From NCBI GenBank assembly GCA_000934665.2, contig KZ538073.1, positions 1-64,000 of the forward strand: a DNA stretch of 64,000 bases. The letters are read 5' to 3'. The notes under the pieces were generated by a model. It had not been told where the DNA came from and searched no databases. It saw nothing but the letters and a program-made list of their open reading frames with translations. How positions within the stretch are numbered: the first letter of the stretch is position 1; each line of letters starts with the position of its first letter. Shown piece after piece: positions 1 to 12,383 of this stretch. The position numbers and the translations under genes are program-made. Source of the stretch: Catajapyx aquilonaris. Taxonomy: Eukaryota.

Positions 1-19
1 TTAGGTTCTTTCTCATGAG

Positions 20-94
20 TTTTATTAGTTCATATGTTGGGTTAGCTTGCATCTCCCTCCATCGCTGACTACCCCTCATAGGGAAATGTCGTGA

Positions 95-125
<31 letters not shown>

Positions 126-126
126 G
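20..126 (+). mobile_element. 3' end of an RTE-type non-LTR retrotransposon with (GTT)n tail
   Basis: Near-identical to the reverse complement of ~1216-1313 (ttagttcatat.ttgggttagcttg...catcgctgactacccct.ata.ggaaatgtc.tgatg) and ends in a (GTT)n run at ~95-126. Confidence 0.75.
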
Positions 127-134
127 CATCATTG

Positions 135-411
135 ATGAGGAAACTGGTTGAGTAGGTCAATCAGTTTGTATACCTGGGTAGTGTCCTTGAGAGTAATGTA
201 GAATGGACGTGGAGACTGATAGGAGAGTTAGTTCTGGGTTGAAAGTGATAAGGTGCCACAAGTATGTTTTCTAGAAATAAGGACTTATCTCTGCCTGTAA
301 GTCGTCTGTCTATTCTCGCGTTATTGTTCCTTCACTTATGAATGGTAGCTGATGATAGTGAAGCGTGGGATTGGTCAGATAGGCATAAGAGTAGGGTGTT
401 GGCTACAGAGA
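135..411 (+). mobile_element. Degenerate RTE-clade LINE reverse-transcriptase C-terminal fragment
   Basis: Conceptual translation with stops and frameshifts gives VE*VNQFVYLGSVLESN..RMDVETDRRV and VIVPSLMNGS..SEAW...HKSRVLATE. These resemble the F.YLGS and YGSE.W motifs of RTE ORFs. Confidence 0.75.
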
Positions 412-442
412 TACTGCTATGGTGCGTTAACGACATGCATTT

Positions 443-1090
443 TGTCACCCTCAGGTTGAGGCGCGACAAACAGGAAAACAATTAGCGAAAACTTATTGCA
501 GAATTCACTTAGCTCCAACCGTTCGGCTTAACTAATGTGACGCGGCCCAGCCTTAAAGTAAAGCGTTACCCAAACACTCAAGAATAGGCTGACGCCGGAT
601 ACGCGCGGAACCGTATTTGGCCACAGAAACAGTATGAGCAGCGTAAGGAAATAGGGACATATAGCAGCTCTGACACAAGGAGGGCGTCCGGGACTATAAA
701 AGCCAACGCCCCGGCCTTACAACAGAGAGAGCCAGGAGAGTCGAGTCCAGAGTGAAGAGGAGACTCGAGAGGGGAGGGAAGCCCCGACGAGGAGGCCCAG
801 ACACGCCCGACCAGCCAGTCAACTCAAGACCGCCAGGTGGGATTGTCCACCTGAATTCTACTGAGGAGATCACCGAATACCTACCGGGACGACCCCGCAC
901 CCACACGTACAGGTTAGAGCTGTTGTATGGACCATTACATTTATATCCCAGCGTTAGAATATTGTCCTATGTCGTAGTATTAGTCAATAAACCATAAAAA
1001 CCACCCCTTTGACTTGTGCTTCTTTGGTGTAACCTGAGAGACCTAAAAGAACCTGATCAGTTGATGGCGATCGAGCATCAGCTGGTGACA
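443..1090 (+). mobile_element. Solo LTR (648 bp), probably Ty3/Gypsy-type
   Basis: TG...CA ends with a 7-bp inverted repeat (TGTCACC/GGTGACA) and a perfect 4-bp TSD ATTT (439-442, 1091-1094). Internal TATAAAA at 695-701 and AATAAA at 986-991. Confidence 0.85.
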
Positions 1091-1122
1091 ATTTGAAGGC
1101 ATTTTTGAAGTAGCCTACAGCC

Positions 1123-4016
1123 CTACAGTATCAGATGGGTCCTGTTTTTTTCTGATGAGTTATTCACTACTTCATTACCCTTACTGTATCTGAATTTCAA
1201 TACCTCGTAAATGAAAACAACAACAACAACAACACCATCATGACATTTCCATATAAGGGGTAGTCAGCGATGACGGGAGCCACAAGCTAACCCAAAATAT
1301 GAACTAAATTAAAAATGGTAAAAATCACCCTATAAACCACCCATATAACCCCCCCCCCCCTGCCCATCTCAGACAACAAACTCTCAATATTATATTTTAA
1401 ATATAAATATTACACGACTATGCAACGCGGTACTTGAGAAATCCCCCCCCGGAATAGGAATCGGCAACTGTTAAATTCCTCCAAGTGACCATAATATTCT
1501 CCTCCAAACGACCAGAACACCCACAGGCCAGCGAGAAGAACCAGCATACAGAAATCCATACCCGGACTCCAAGCGCTGTGCTGTGCAGGACAGAGAGAGA
1601 GAGAGACAGACACCCTTGCAAGCATGACTACCGGTGTCAACCTATGCATTACTGTGCAAGAGATATCTGCCAAACTTGTAGTTCTGCACAGCACCCAGAG
1701 CCCGAGCATGAACCTCCAGAAGCCGACACCTCCCACCAACCTGCAAACATTCTATAGCCATTCGGAAAAATTCAATAGACACTGCCATTCCTCACAAACC
1801 CGTGAATATTCTACCCATTAATTAACCTATGCCATTTACACCTATCCAAACAAACAACCCTAGCCTCAGCCACGTCCATGGTCCTATTGACACATGAACG
1901 TCTCGGCTTAACACTAGCAACACCCTTAAGACACTGACCCACCTGGTCCAACCATGTCTTCCTAGGCCTACCCTTGCCCCTCTTACCAACTACTCCACCC
2001 AAATAAACCACGAGAGCAAAGGCCATGATGGCGCAATGTGCCACCAAAGGAGTCTCGAACTGACTTATATTCAGAGCCATCGAGGCCTTGTAAGACAGGT
2101 TTTTCTTTCGGGCCGATCTCATTTCAGGGAAAGCAACTTCCAAGTTGTACTCAAAAAGAGGGAAGTAATGTTGGTACAACCCACCCTTTTCAATATAGTA
2201 TTCTAAATTTCTAATCTTTCAAAGGCTTGCTCCATGGCCGAATACTTGACTGTGGCGTAACCCCCATAGCTTGTCAGGGACATGTCAGGTATGATTTGGA
2301 CAGGTATTATTCCGTCCAAATCCATCTGCAGAACATTCATGGCATTCAGAATCACACTAACAGAGAAGCAGGCAAAGTTCTCTTCCATTGCCTTCTGGAC
2401 ACACTCGGTCATTCCACCGCCTTGCATCCTCGCCTGTAGCTCGGTGTGGTAGCCAACTTCTGACAGAGTGAGCAGCATGGGGACGTACTCACTTGCGACA
2501 TCCATGCACCCCCACTTCCATCCCGGAGTCGCAGCCAGCTCCTGCATGCTCATTGGCAGCTTCTCCTCTTCAGAGGACACCAGAAAGGCAAAGAACTTGG
2601 CCTTGTATCCACAAACCAGGACGTCACACACGAGGGCCCAGACACATATCAGCACGCGAACAGGAGTGGCCGTCGGGATGAGGTTGGGATTCTCTTCGAT
2701 CAGACCAGAAAAGGCGAACCTGTAGGAGGACATAACAACAGCAATAAATAAAGATAATTAAAAACAAAGGAAATTAAGGAAATCAAGTAGGCCTACCTCA
2801 ATGAATATAGGCTGAGATGCGTAGGATGTCGTTGGCCATCAGGAAAAGGATTGCCAATGATCGAGATGCCTTCAGCAACAGATAGAAACCCAGGCTGACC
2901 ACAAGGCCCGTGACGAAGAGGGCGGCCCACATTTCCATGGTGTACGGCTTGAAGACGGCTGTCCAGGAGAACTGGTGTCTCGGGGTTCAGGTGGCGTAAG
3001 TGTTGACGGCCAGGTAAGTGCAGGAAGCGAAGTCCAGCACCTTGATTGCCTCGCTTGAGCTCCTTCCTCTGCAGGGGTCCGGTCAAGCCAGTGTAGTTTC
3101 CGTCCGGTCGCATCATTGGCGTGCCTTCTGGTTCAGGGTAGTCATCAATGTGCCAGGTGAAGTTGAGGACGTTGCTGATTGCCAAATACATATTCAAGTA
3201 TGGAATAACTGCTTGGCTTTCCTGTGCCATGAACACGACGTCTTCCTTGGTTGCCTCCACTGGAAACGAAATGTTCAGATGCACACCATGCAGGTCTTTT
3301 GTGTAGTCAGGGAAAAACTCATCCAGCACCTCGCGACCAGGGTACCTCCCTCGTGCCATGACTTTGGCCTTTCCCTTGTCGCAAAACTGGCACAGGTTTT
3401 TGATGGCCAGGTATTGCGAGGCTGGGTCGTAGGCGAGCACCATCTTGAAGCGAAAGTCCAAGTCAGTGTTGGTCAGTGCATCGTCCACGTCTGAATCAGG
3501 GCTGAAGAAGACGAACCGGTCATACCTGGGGTTCATCCGGACCAAGCTGGCGACGTATTTGACCAGGGGCATCAGATTGGGTTGGTGGTAGGCGAAGTGG
3601 AAGAGAGAGCAGGTGCTGATGAACCTGGACGTTGGTCTCTCCAGCCAGGAGAACCAGTACTCGAAGCCTCCTTCCTGTCCTCCAGTGTTGGGTTTCGGGG
3701 CAGGAGTGTCCCGTGTCCACCGGATGGACGCGGAGGCCCCACCCTGGTCGGACACTTGCTGCAACAGAGACCTCATCTCCCAGGGCAGCTTCTCGTAGTC
3801 GTGGCCCAGCACAAGGAGGCAGTCCTTCTTCTCTCCATGGATTTGCTGGACCAGGGATGACACCAGTCCCGTAGCCTCATCATTGGCCCGATTTATAGTG
3901 ACAATCGGCAATCCAGTTGCCAACAATGGCATGTCCAGCAGCAGTTGAAGAATGGCCAGCATTATGTACTGACGTGTGTCAAAGACAGCTCCAGGCAACA
4001 TTTTGATGAAGTCCAA
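1123..4016 (-). pseudogene. Divergent ionotropic receptor (IR, variant iGluR) pseudogene
   Basis: Signal-peptide-like N-terminus; S1-like GNYTGLTGPLQRKE; M1 (SWTAVFKPYTMEMWAALFV) in a shifted frame; M2 (RVLICVWALVCDVLVCGYKAKF..LP.SMQEL); GLYQHY; last TM region ALNISQF...ALVV. Lesions: frameshifts near ~3050 and ~2860, in-frame TGA at 2987-2989, TAG at 2203-2205 with another frameshift, and a LINE insertion. Probable intron at 2720-2796. Confidence 0.8.
1219..2005 (-). mobile_element. 5'-truncated RTE-type LINE (ORF C-terminus, 3' UTR, (GTT)n tail)
   Basis: Encodes VYLGGVVGKRGKGRPRKTWLDQV...DRCKWHRLING*, resembling an RTE C-terminus (GRPR..W). A ~590 bp 3' UTR follows, then a GTT-repeat tail at ~1219-1233. 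The 5' junction is approximate. Confidence 0.8.
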
Positions 4017-5236
4017 GTCGCGTCATGTCGTAGGCCTTTCAATATGTTCTTATGCAATGTCATAGTCTATACCGGTCTATACCTAATTCATAACCTGAAA
4101 ATCGCCACATTGTGCCTCCAATTTGTCTCTCGTATCCGCATGGCCTGGGAACTACAATGAACATTTAAATATTTATTCGTCAAGCAATATGCGCATTAAC
4201 CTAAATTGCTCCAGCGAAACATGGAAAATTATGTTTGCTACTTGGCCAGAATCTATCAATTTGTCATCCACTGTTTCCGGAAGGTAGATTTCAGGAGACG
4301 ATATGGCTGCTGCTGACAGCGGTAGTGGACTTATTTGCATGGATTTTCTGGGACAATGTTCATGGACGATCTCACGCAAAACGAGTCAAATGAGCCAATC
4401 ACAAGCTGACGGGTTCGTAAATACAGTGTTGTGCCAATGCCACGGAAAAATCTAAAGCAGCGTTAATTAACTGACAACTTTACAGGATTCTGATTCTTTT
4501 GGATTGATGACTGTGTGGGAAGGGAATTTTTAAAAATCGCATCATTGACTGTGACTATATGACAAGAACCATGCAAATTATTGCTATTGCTGATGCAGGA
4601 TTGGAAATTACTTCCATAATTTATTCAGGGAACTACAATCATTGTAGGCTGAAAAGTCTTTTCATGAGCGAACTATGCTTCTTAGGCGGATATGTGCCGA
4701 ACAAAGGTTGTAGAGAAACATGTATTCTACAAAATAAGTATAAGTACCTTTTCCATGTACGGTCTGTATTTTCGATGCTACAGCGACTTGAAAAATACTT
4801 CTCATTTGCTGAAGGGTAGCCAACCCGCAATTACAGGCCTCCCGGGCAAAAAAGGGCGTGGGGTATATCTGAATTTGAAGAGTATTGTCCCAAGGACATT
4901 CTTACCAAATTTGATGCTTTTATCACCTAGTGCACTGTTGACCCCTTTCCCCCCTTTTTTCCGTCTCCCAAGTGTGTACTGTCGCTACCTGTTTCGACGT
5001 CCTGGGATGTGACCAGAATAAGCACTGTTGTTGGGTCCAACACGGTTCCTTCGAATCTACGACTTTGGGCTGCCGGACAATTGGCTGCCGGGCATAGGTG
5101 GCCAACAAATACACAAAATGTGCATATTTTACTATCAATATGCTGACTATGAAGGCCAAGAAGTGGTTCAGGTATATCCTCCTGAGATCCGAGGAGAATT
5201 GAGTATGGGTAACGCAATGTCTCTTATAGCCGATGC

Positions 5237-5459
5237 CAGTGGTTTCCAACCAGGGGGTCGTGGGCAGGGTCGCGACAGTCGCGAGCCTTGGTTCGACTTT
5301 TTTTTTCCAAGTTCTGTGTCAATTGAACCATTTTTGCAGCCGTACAGAGTGTATGTTTTCTGGAAAGGGGGTAGTTGCAGTAGGGGCCGGGGGAGGGGGT
5401 CGCACATTTATGGAAACATGTTTAGGGGGTCGCAGTTGGTAAAAGGTTGGAAACCACTG
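5237..5459. mobile_element. hAT-type MITE
   Basis: 15-bp TIRs CAGTGGTTTCCAACC / GGTTGGAAACCACTG; 8-bp flanks gccgatgc / gccaaagc (6/8 match) consistent with a TSD; internal GGGGTCGC repeats. Confidence 0.8.
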
Positions 5460-5614
5460 GCCAAAGCATTTCAACTTTGACCTGTAATTCCAATGTTCTC
5501 ACATAAATATTCAATTAATGGAAGTGTAAAATCATCATTATTTGCCACAACACACACAAAGGCTGATTTACTATCACGAACAATACTTTTTGAATAAAAG
5601 GCATTTGCTGAGAT

Positions 5615-7708
5615 TTAATTTCCAGCTGCTCTTGGTTCTGTTTTGCCTGTCGTTCGGTAGTTCTTCTTTAGTTCATATATCTGAATAAAAATAAAAATTA
5701 TCAGTACTTACAAAAAATTTTACTTGTATGTATATAAACAAAGTAGAAGCATTTGATTTTAAAAATTGCTGAATCAATCCAGTAATTCACGTAACAATGC
5801 AAGAAATTTAAAATATTCGAATTGTTGCCTTTACCTGTATGTAAGCCTCTGTGAGCGTGATCATTTGTGGCAAGATGTCAATCACGTGCAGATCCTGCAT
5901 CTCATACCACTTTCCTGTCCCCTTGTGAAGTATGTGGACCCTGTACGTTCCCTTGGAGGGCTCTCCATCATGGACAATGTTGGCTACCAGGTCATAACTT
6001 GTGTTGTAGGAGTGCTGCGCCCTCACTTCAGGCGTCAGTATGTCACCAAAGTCAACATTCTTTATGGGGAAGTTCACTATGGTTGGATTCTTTTCGACAA
6101 AGAATGTGTTCTTCGTGAATCTCTGCAATGAAACCGTTCCATCAGACACAATGTTTAAATTGTCACGATGATGCCGCAGTAGAGTCTCACCTTAATGTAC
6201 AATATGAGATAAGGCGGCAACCTGGTGATCTCAAACCGCTTGAGGAAGTTCTCCTTGTATGTCTTGTACTCCTTTTCTGATTGTCCATTGAACTTTGTAA
6301 GCAGGTTGTACAGATTAACTTGTGGAATGATGTTCTCTACTAACTCATCCTTGAAGAGGGGGGGTGGCGGGAGGTCGCAGGTGAGGTACAGGAAGGGAGA
6401 CTCCTCTACTCGCTCCTTGAACTCATCTCGGGAGTGGCGAAGAAGATCCCTCTTCTGCTTCTCGTCCATGTCCACCGGAAGAATCTTGCGAGTGTGAATC
6501 TTCATGCAGCCCAGGAATGTCTGGTACACTATGGAAGAGCCAGGAGATTTGGTGCCATTCAGTGCCAGATGAAGCGCATTCAGGAACCACGACAGGAATG
6601 ACACAGGATCGCCTGAAATATTGCAAGCACAAGTTAGTTTGGGAAAAAAAAGCATTTAACTGACAACATTACCCTGCTGCGTAATCTGAAATCGCTTCTT
6701 GCTGCATAACACCACAGCCTGAAGCATCTCATGAGGGGAAACATGCGCCTTAAAATTTCTCGGATTCCACAGCTTCCTGATCAGCTCTCCAAAACGCTGC
6801 ACCAGCAAAAAAGTGTTATCACCAGGAGGCCTCTTGGTACTGGCGTAACTCTCCTCCCGCAAAAAGTAATTTCTTAGGGGCGCAACATGGCTGAGGGCTT
6901 GCAGGATGACATTGCAGTAGTCATTTGCCTTGATGTTGTTCAACCCAACTATGCCTGGCAAATACATGCTGCCGTCAATGGCTCGACTCTCCTTCACATT
7001 GAGATCCAAGCAGCGTATATGCGGGAGAGTGAAGGTGGGATTCAGGACATACTTAATGTCATCTAAAGAAGAGTCTATGATCTCATAGTTGTCGGGCAAG
7101 CAGTAAAACCGAAGTGTCAGCAGATTCAGAAACACATGGTGGCCTTCCCCAACGCTATGGATGTACGCATGGGTGCTGACACCCCGACCTAGAAAAGAAA
7201 TACGGGGTAAGTTTCCATAGCTGCAATCTTCGGGCTTATTATCTCACCTTGGAAGTACTTCCCACACACAAGGCATGCATACACATTAATCCTGGAAAGC
7301 GACACGGAGCACAGCTTCTCAAAGTCAAAGTCCAGCACATGACGATTGATAGTGTCCAAGTACGGGCAAGCCCTCGACTTGTTCGACCTGTTCCCTGGAA
7401 CATACGCTAAGAGAAAAAGTGTTACTTCATCACATTATCAAATAATTAATTATATTTACTAGCAATTGCAATTAAACCAAATCATTCTCAGCCATATTAT
7501 GATCCGTGCATGTTTAACTATTATAAATGTTTTGCTTCTCCATCATTAGTGCGCCTAATGCTTCCGGACCGGTTTTAAATTACGGCTGAACATGTCCAGC
7601 ATCATCCTAAGCCACGACCGGCATCCTTCGGCCCTTACCAGGCTCATCATCGTCGTCTCCACGCTCCGACAACTTCCTCTTTCGAGGTGAGGCCAAATCA
7701 ACCGCCAT
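5615..7708 (-). CDS. USP39: U4/U6.U5 tri-snRNP-associated protein 2 (USP39/Sad1), multi-exon
   Basis: ATG at 7708 (MAVDLASPRKRK). ZnF-UBP CPYLDTINRHVLDFDFEKLC..YACLVCGKYFQG; GIVGLNNIKANDYCNV; HVSPHEMLQAV; EKNPTIVNFP; WYEMQDL. Last exon IYELKKN...AGN* with TAA at 5615-5617. GT-AG introns. Confidence 0.96.
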
Positions 7709-7947
7709 CTTGGAATTGAACCGCTTCACTTTTTCCAACTAGTTCACAATTCGACCACCAGATGGCAGGACACTTCAATAAGCAGCTTATAGCCAAAGTC
7801 AGTAACTAATAAAGCTGTCAGAATCAGAAGCAGCGGCGCTATTTCTGGCCCGACGTGAAATCCAAAATGGCGCCGTTCATGTAGCTTCATGTTGTGTGAA
7901 TCTGACCGGATTTTACTTTTTTTACTGGCTAATTACGCGACCAGATC
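7709..7947. promoter_or_regulatory. Compact bidirectional promoter, USP39/mRpL23
   Basis: Only 239 bp between divergent ATGs. CTCF-like CCACCAGATGGCAG at 7755-7768 and YY1/Pho-like AAAATGGCG at 7864-7872. Confidence 0.7.
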
Positions 7948-8717
7948 ATGTCTACACGGTGGTAAGTTGTTGATGTAATTGTTACACACCCGTTCACTAA
8001 ATAAAAATAGCGTGTACAATGAATTGTGGAACGGTATGCCCGCTTTTACAGAAATACACATGGTCCTAATTGGGCATTAAATTGTAGGTACCCGCTTTAT
8101 CAGAAGGGAAATCCGCAGTTACGGATATTCCTGCCCAATTTCTGGATGAAAATGGTCAAGACGGAGGTTCCCATGCCGGCTAACCAGATACAGTTTCATG
8201 TGTCGATGGAGATGACCAAGTTCGATGTGAAGAACTACCTGGAGAAGATCTACAAGGTTCCTGTTGTGGATGTACATCTGCACATTAAAATGGGTGATTA
8301 TTTCGAGTCACTTTTGCGTGCTGCCATAAACAGGATGTGGATGAAATTAGTGCAATACCAGCACTTGCAGTGTATTGCATTTTAATCTTGAAAAGCCTGG
8401 ATTAAGTGACGCAATTCTTTTCAGGTCAGACAAGAAGGCAGCCACTTAAGGGATATATAATTAAAGATGATGATTTCAAGGTTGCCTATGTAACATTGGT
8501 AAGTTACTCAAACATTGACATGAGCGAGTGTTACCGACTTGACTTTTTTCAGCCTAAAGACATGAAGTTTGAATTCCCCACGTTGTACCCTGAGGAAGAG
8601 AAGAAAGAGGAGGAAGATAAGTACGTGAAGCAATTAGAAGAAGCAAAGAAGACATATGAAGAGGGGCTAGCTCGTAACAAGGACCGCAAGGGCTTTCCTG
8701 GCTGGTTTAGTATGTGA
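7948..8717 (+). CDS. mRpL23: Mitochondrial ribosomal protein L23 (uL23m), 152 aa
   Basis: Exons 7948-7961, 8088-8293, 8425-8498 and 8553-8717 (459 nt, in frame): MSTRWYPLYQKGNPQLRIFLPNFWMK...MTKFDVKNYLEKIYKVPV...DDDFKVAYV. Confidence 0.95.
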
Positions 8718-9137
8718 ACAAGGGGATGTTATTTGTACATAGCTTGATTTTGCTAAATAAATTGTAGAATTTGTTGATAAAATGCTTGTGTATATTGAAT
8801 GCACATCGATTTGCTTTAAGTGAGAGTACACACCTGTCTGGTGAAAGTAGAACCTTGCACCTTGCTTCTAATGATGAAGAGCACCAGGGTATGTTTTTCT
8901 TGAAATTGTTGTGGCATACAGTACAATTTATTACTACAAGCCTATAACCGTGGTATACTCTCTAATAATGTGGTAAAATCATTTTGGCAGACATGACCTT
9001 GTTAGTACATGATGTACAATATACATTGTGTGTCCGTAACATTTGCCTTCAGTTGCTTGAGATGGAATGAAATGCTGCTGTTCATTTCTGCTCCCTTTGG
9101 GTCATTATTTTTGGCTTGTATCATGAAAAGTCACAGC

Positions 9138-11703
9138 CTATCTAGGACTTATCCAGATAGCATCCAGCTTCATGAAGGGCATCTCCGCACATATGCTCAA
9201 AACAAAAGCAGCCAGAAGCGATGCGACGAGGTGGGAAAAGTAGAGATACATCTGAAATGACAGAAAGTATTAACTACGTCAGCCACGAACGCAATAGTAG
9301 AGAACATACCATCGAATCCCAGTCATAGACCATCACAGCTCTTTGTGTGAAGTGGTAGTAACGCTGCACATTCAGGGACACAAGATATATGCTGTAGGCC
9401 AGCTTTCCTAGAGGAACAAAGACTTTCCAGGACAAAAAGGCATTGACTGGCCCTCCAAACCCAAACAAGCAGGCGTAAATGAGCCATGCAATGCTCAAAG
9501 CCCAAGCCAAACGATGGAGACTGTTGTAAGCCACAGAGAGGGATGCTGATGGAGGAGGACTGTCCGACGCATAATAAGGCTGCATACCATACACCACTGC
9601 CAAACATGTGGCTATGGATGCTACCCATCCTAACACTATGAAAATCTGAAAATGTCATTTATTAATTTTTCCTACACAGTTGTAACCATTCCAGGAAGTA
9701 CCTTAGGCAGTTTCACGTTTTGACCATTTCTGCGACGAATGAATGCTCCAAGCGCCATTCCTACAAGAAATGGGGCTGCTCTTGTGTATGGTCTGATATA
9801 CAGTTGTTGATAGTACACCACTATATTTCTGCCCAAAATAAATAAACAGATGACATTTTTTTTTTTGCAATTATTCAAAAATATGTTATTAAAATACTCA
9901 CAGGCATGCCCACGGGCATGTAATATCTGAAGGCACGAGTTGCATGAGGTATGTGATCAGCCCACTGCACAGTGAGGCCACAACAATAAGCAGCAGTACA
10001 AGACCGGCGCCAAAATTGGGCCAACGCCACAGTGGATAGAATACAAGTGGTGAAACCCAGTACAACTGCATATCGACTGCGAGGTACCAAGACTCCCCGA
10101 CGCACTGAAAGCATAAAGAGATAATGAGAATAATAATATATGCAGGACTCAGAGAAAAAACGAAAACATACAACGTTGTCCAAGTTGATAAAGTTGTTCA
10201 TGTAGATGAGGTTATTCCACCAGTTCTTCAGACATGGTTCAACCTGCTCCATGATCATCATCCACCACAGTGGACCACTGCCCAGAATCGGCATGATCCC
10301 ACCCACAAATGCTATGAACAATGCATAGGGTGGAGTGAGCCTGGGGGAGAAAAAAAAGTCAGATGCAAAGAACGTGAACTGAAGTGTATGGTCCACTGTT
10401 CACCATACCTGAAATAACGATGGATGTAAAATTTGGGATAATTAAAAACTCCATCTGAACTGTCCAATTTGCGGAAAGTGACGTAGCATAACAAGAGGCC
10501 AGATAAAACCATGAAGGTGTCCACTGCCACATCTCCCAGAAGTATGGCATGAAGGCTCCACTTTGAACGTTCCTGAAATGACAGTCAGCTCATGTAAAAT
10601 GTAATTATTAGCATTATTAAAGCACGTTGCATCATACTTCTATGTAACGCAATGGGTTTTTCATGGGTATGAGCGTAATCATGTACCAAGTGTGCACCAA
10701 GACAATCCAAGTAGCACTCAAGAATCGAATTCCATGAACACAGCTCAGATCTCCTTTGGGAGTAGTGGTGTCCAAGAATTTGCTCACGTTTTCGTATAAG
10801 GAAAATGCCAGGAGCGATTTTACTCCTCGATCTGAAACACAAATTGTTTCAATATATTGCTGTAATAAGTCACTTGCAAATTGCAACAAGTAGTGTGCTC
10901 ACTTGATCCAGCGAGTTTGTCCGAGTTGAAGTAATTGGCGTACAAATCTAACGCAGTCGCAGCAATCGTGACAAGCAAAAGCACCGCAATAAGTGTTCTG
11001 AAAATTGCATGCCACATATATGTTATAATTAGCAGTAAATTTGATTTAAATTGATACCAACATTACACAAATAGTTGCTGCGGTGTAAGTGGGCTGCATC
11101 TCTTCTGAGCAGGCATATTCATCAATTTTAACTGTTGACGAAGCGTTGTCGTCTAACACTCGAGTGCTGAAGTTTTGCAACACTTTTTGAATATGGAAAG
11201 CTGTGTCGTTTCCAGAACATGTGGAAGGCACACACACTCCGATCTGATACGCATTAGCATCTGCCTGTGGAAAGAAAAATGCTCTCTGTTTATTACAAAC
11301 AGCAATAATACAGACCCGAAAGAAAGTAATTTAAAAAATTAAAAACCAAATGGAACATGCCAATTTTCAGTTATGAGAAGCTTAACTTACCTGTTTATCA
11401 GTTTCATTACTATTTTGGAGCAGCTCCATCAGGCAATATTTACCTCTTACGCCTGATGGGTTTGAATCGAAGTGTACTGAGCGACATTCATCAAAATCTC
11501 CAAGAGAGACTTTATTTCCTTCCAGGATTCCATCAGGGATCCTCCCCCATGAATCCCACACTGCATTTAAGAAAGTTTGCAATCATTTTAGGACACTGTA
11601 CCACTAGATACTTTTACTTACACTTTTTAGCCCACAGTACACCACGTTTCCTCTTGTCTATCACGTCTTTAAAGTCTCGTGAGCAGAAATTTGCACTGGC
11701 CAT
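9138..11703 (-). CDS. NRF-6-like (NRF domain + acyltransferase-3) membrane protein, copy 1
   Basis: NRF domain WAKKLWDSWGRIPDGILEGN..LGDFDEC and CVPSTC. Acyltransferase motifs CVHGIRFLS, AVDTFMVLSG, HRYFRLTP, SWYLAVDMQLY, PYTR, PLGKLAYSIYL, EMPF. Stop TAG at 9138-9140. Start codon uncertain. Confidence 0.88.
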
Positions 11704-12383
11704 TTCGATGTTCACCAGGTACTTGTTTACACTACGTACTGTACAATCTAATCTGTATTGGATCCTGTCAACAAAATAAAATAAAATACCATACTTACAT
11801 TATGTTGTGACTTCAAGGTTATGCAAATTATGTATGCAATACCGGTAGACCAATCTGATTAACCAAAACAGTGTAAGTACCATACATACAAGTCTGAAAT
11901 GACTAATATACCTTGAGCACAGAATCACCATGGCACTTCCATCCTGTTGGGATACAAGGCGCCAACAATAATGATGATATCATGTACTGTACCTACACTT
12001 CCATTCTGACACAAGTGGCACACATCACCTGTCACAGCAGCTCCAGGATGTGACATAGAGGTAACACGTATACCCCTCACAAAAATAACCTTGTCCATTC
12101 ACCTTTTGGTCGAAATTGGGAGTTAGGCATCATGTGATGTAATGGTATAAAATCAATAGTTGTCTGAAGAAATATTCACTCGCAAATTTTGTGAAAAATC
12201 ATGGCATAATATTATACACTAAAAATGGAACCATTCTAATCTCAAAATAATAAAATTGTGATTATTATCATTCTGCATGGTCTTCGTATCAATAAACTGC
12301 GAATTAGCAAAAATGGCACATCAGTATTTACAGTAGGCTATAACCCACCTATTGATTTACCTTATCGAACCTGCCTGACCCCG

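Noticed and set aside
5028..5480. 150-aa ORF
   Set aside because: It runs through the hAT MITE and has no recognisable protein features.
11357..11779. + strand 130-147 aa ORFs repeated three times (also 15359-15802 and 19458-19856)
   Set aside because: They are antisense to NRF-domain exons and introns, recur only because of the duplication, and show no recognisable domain.
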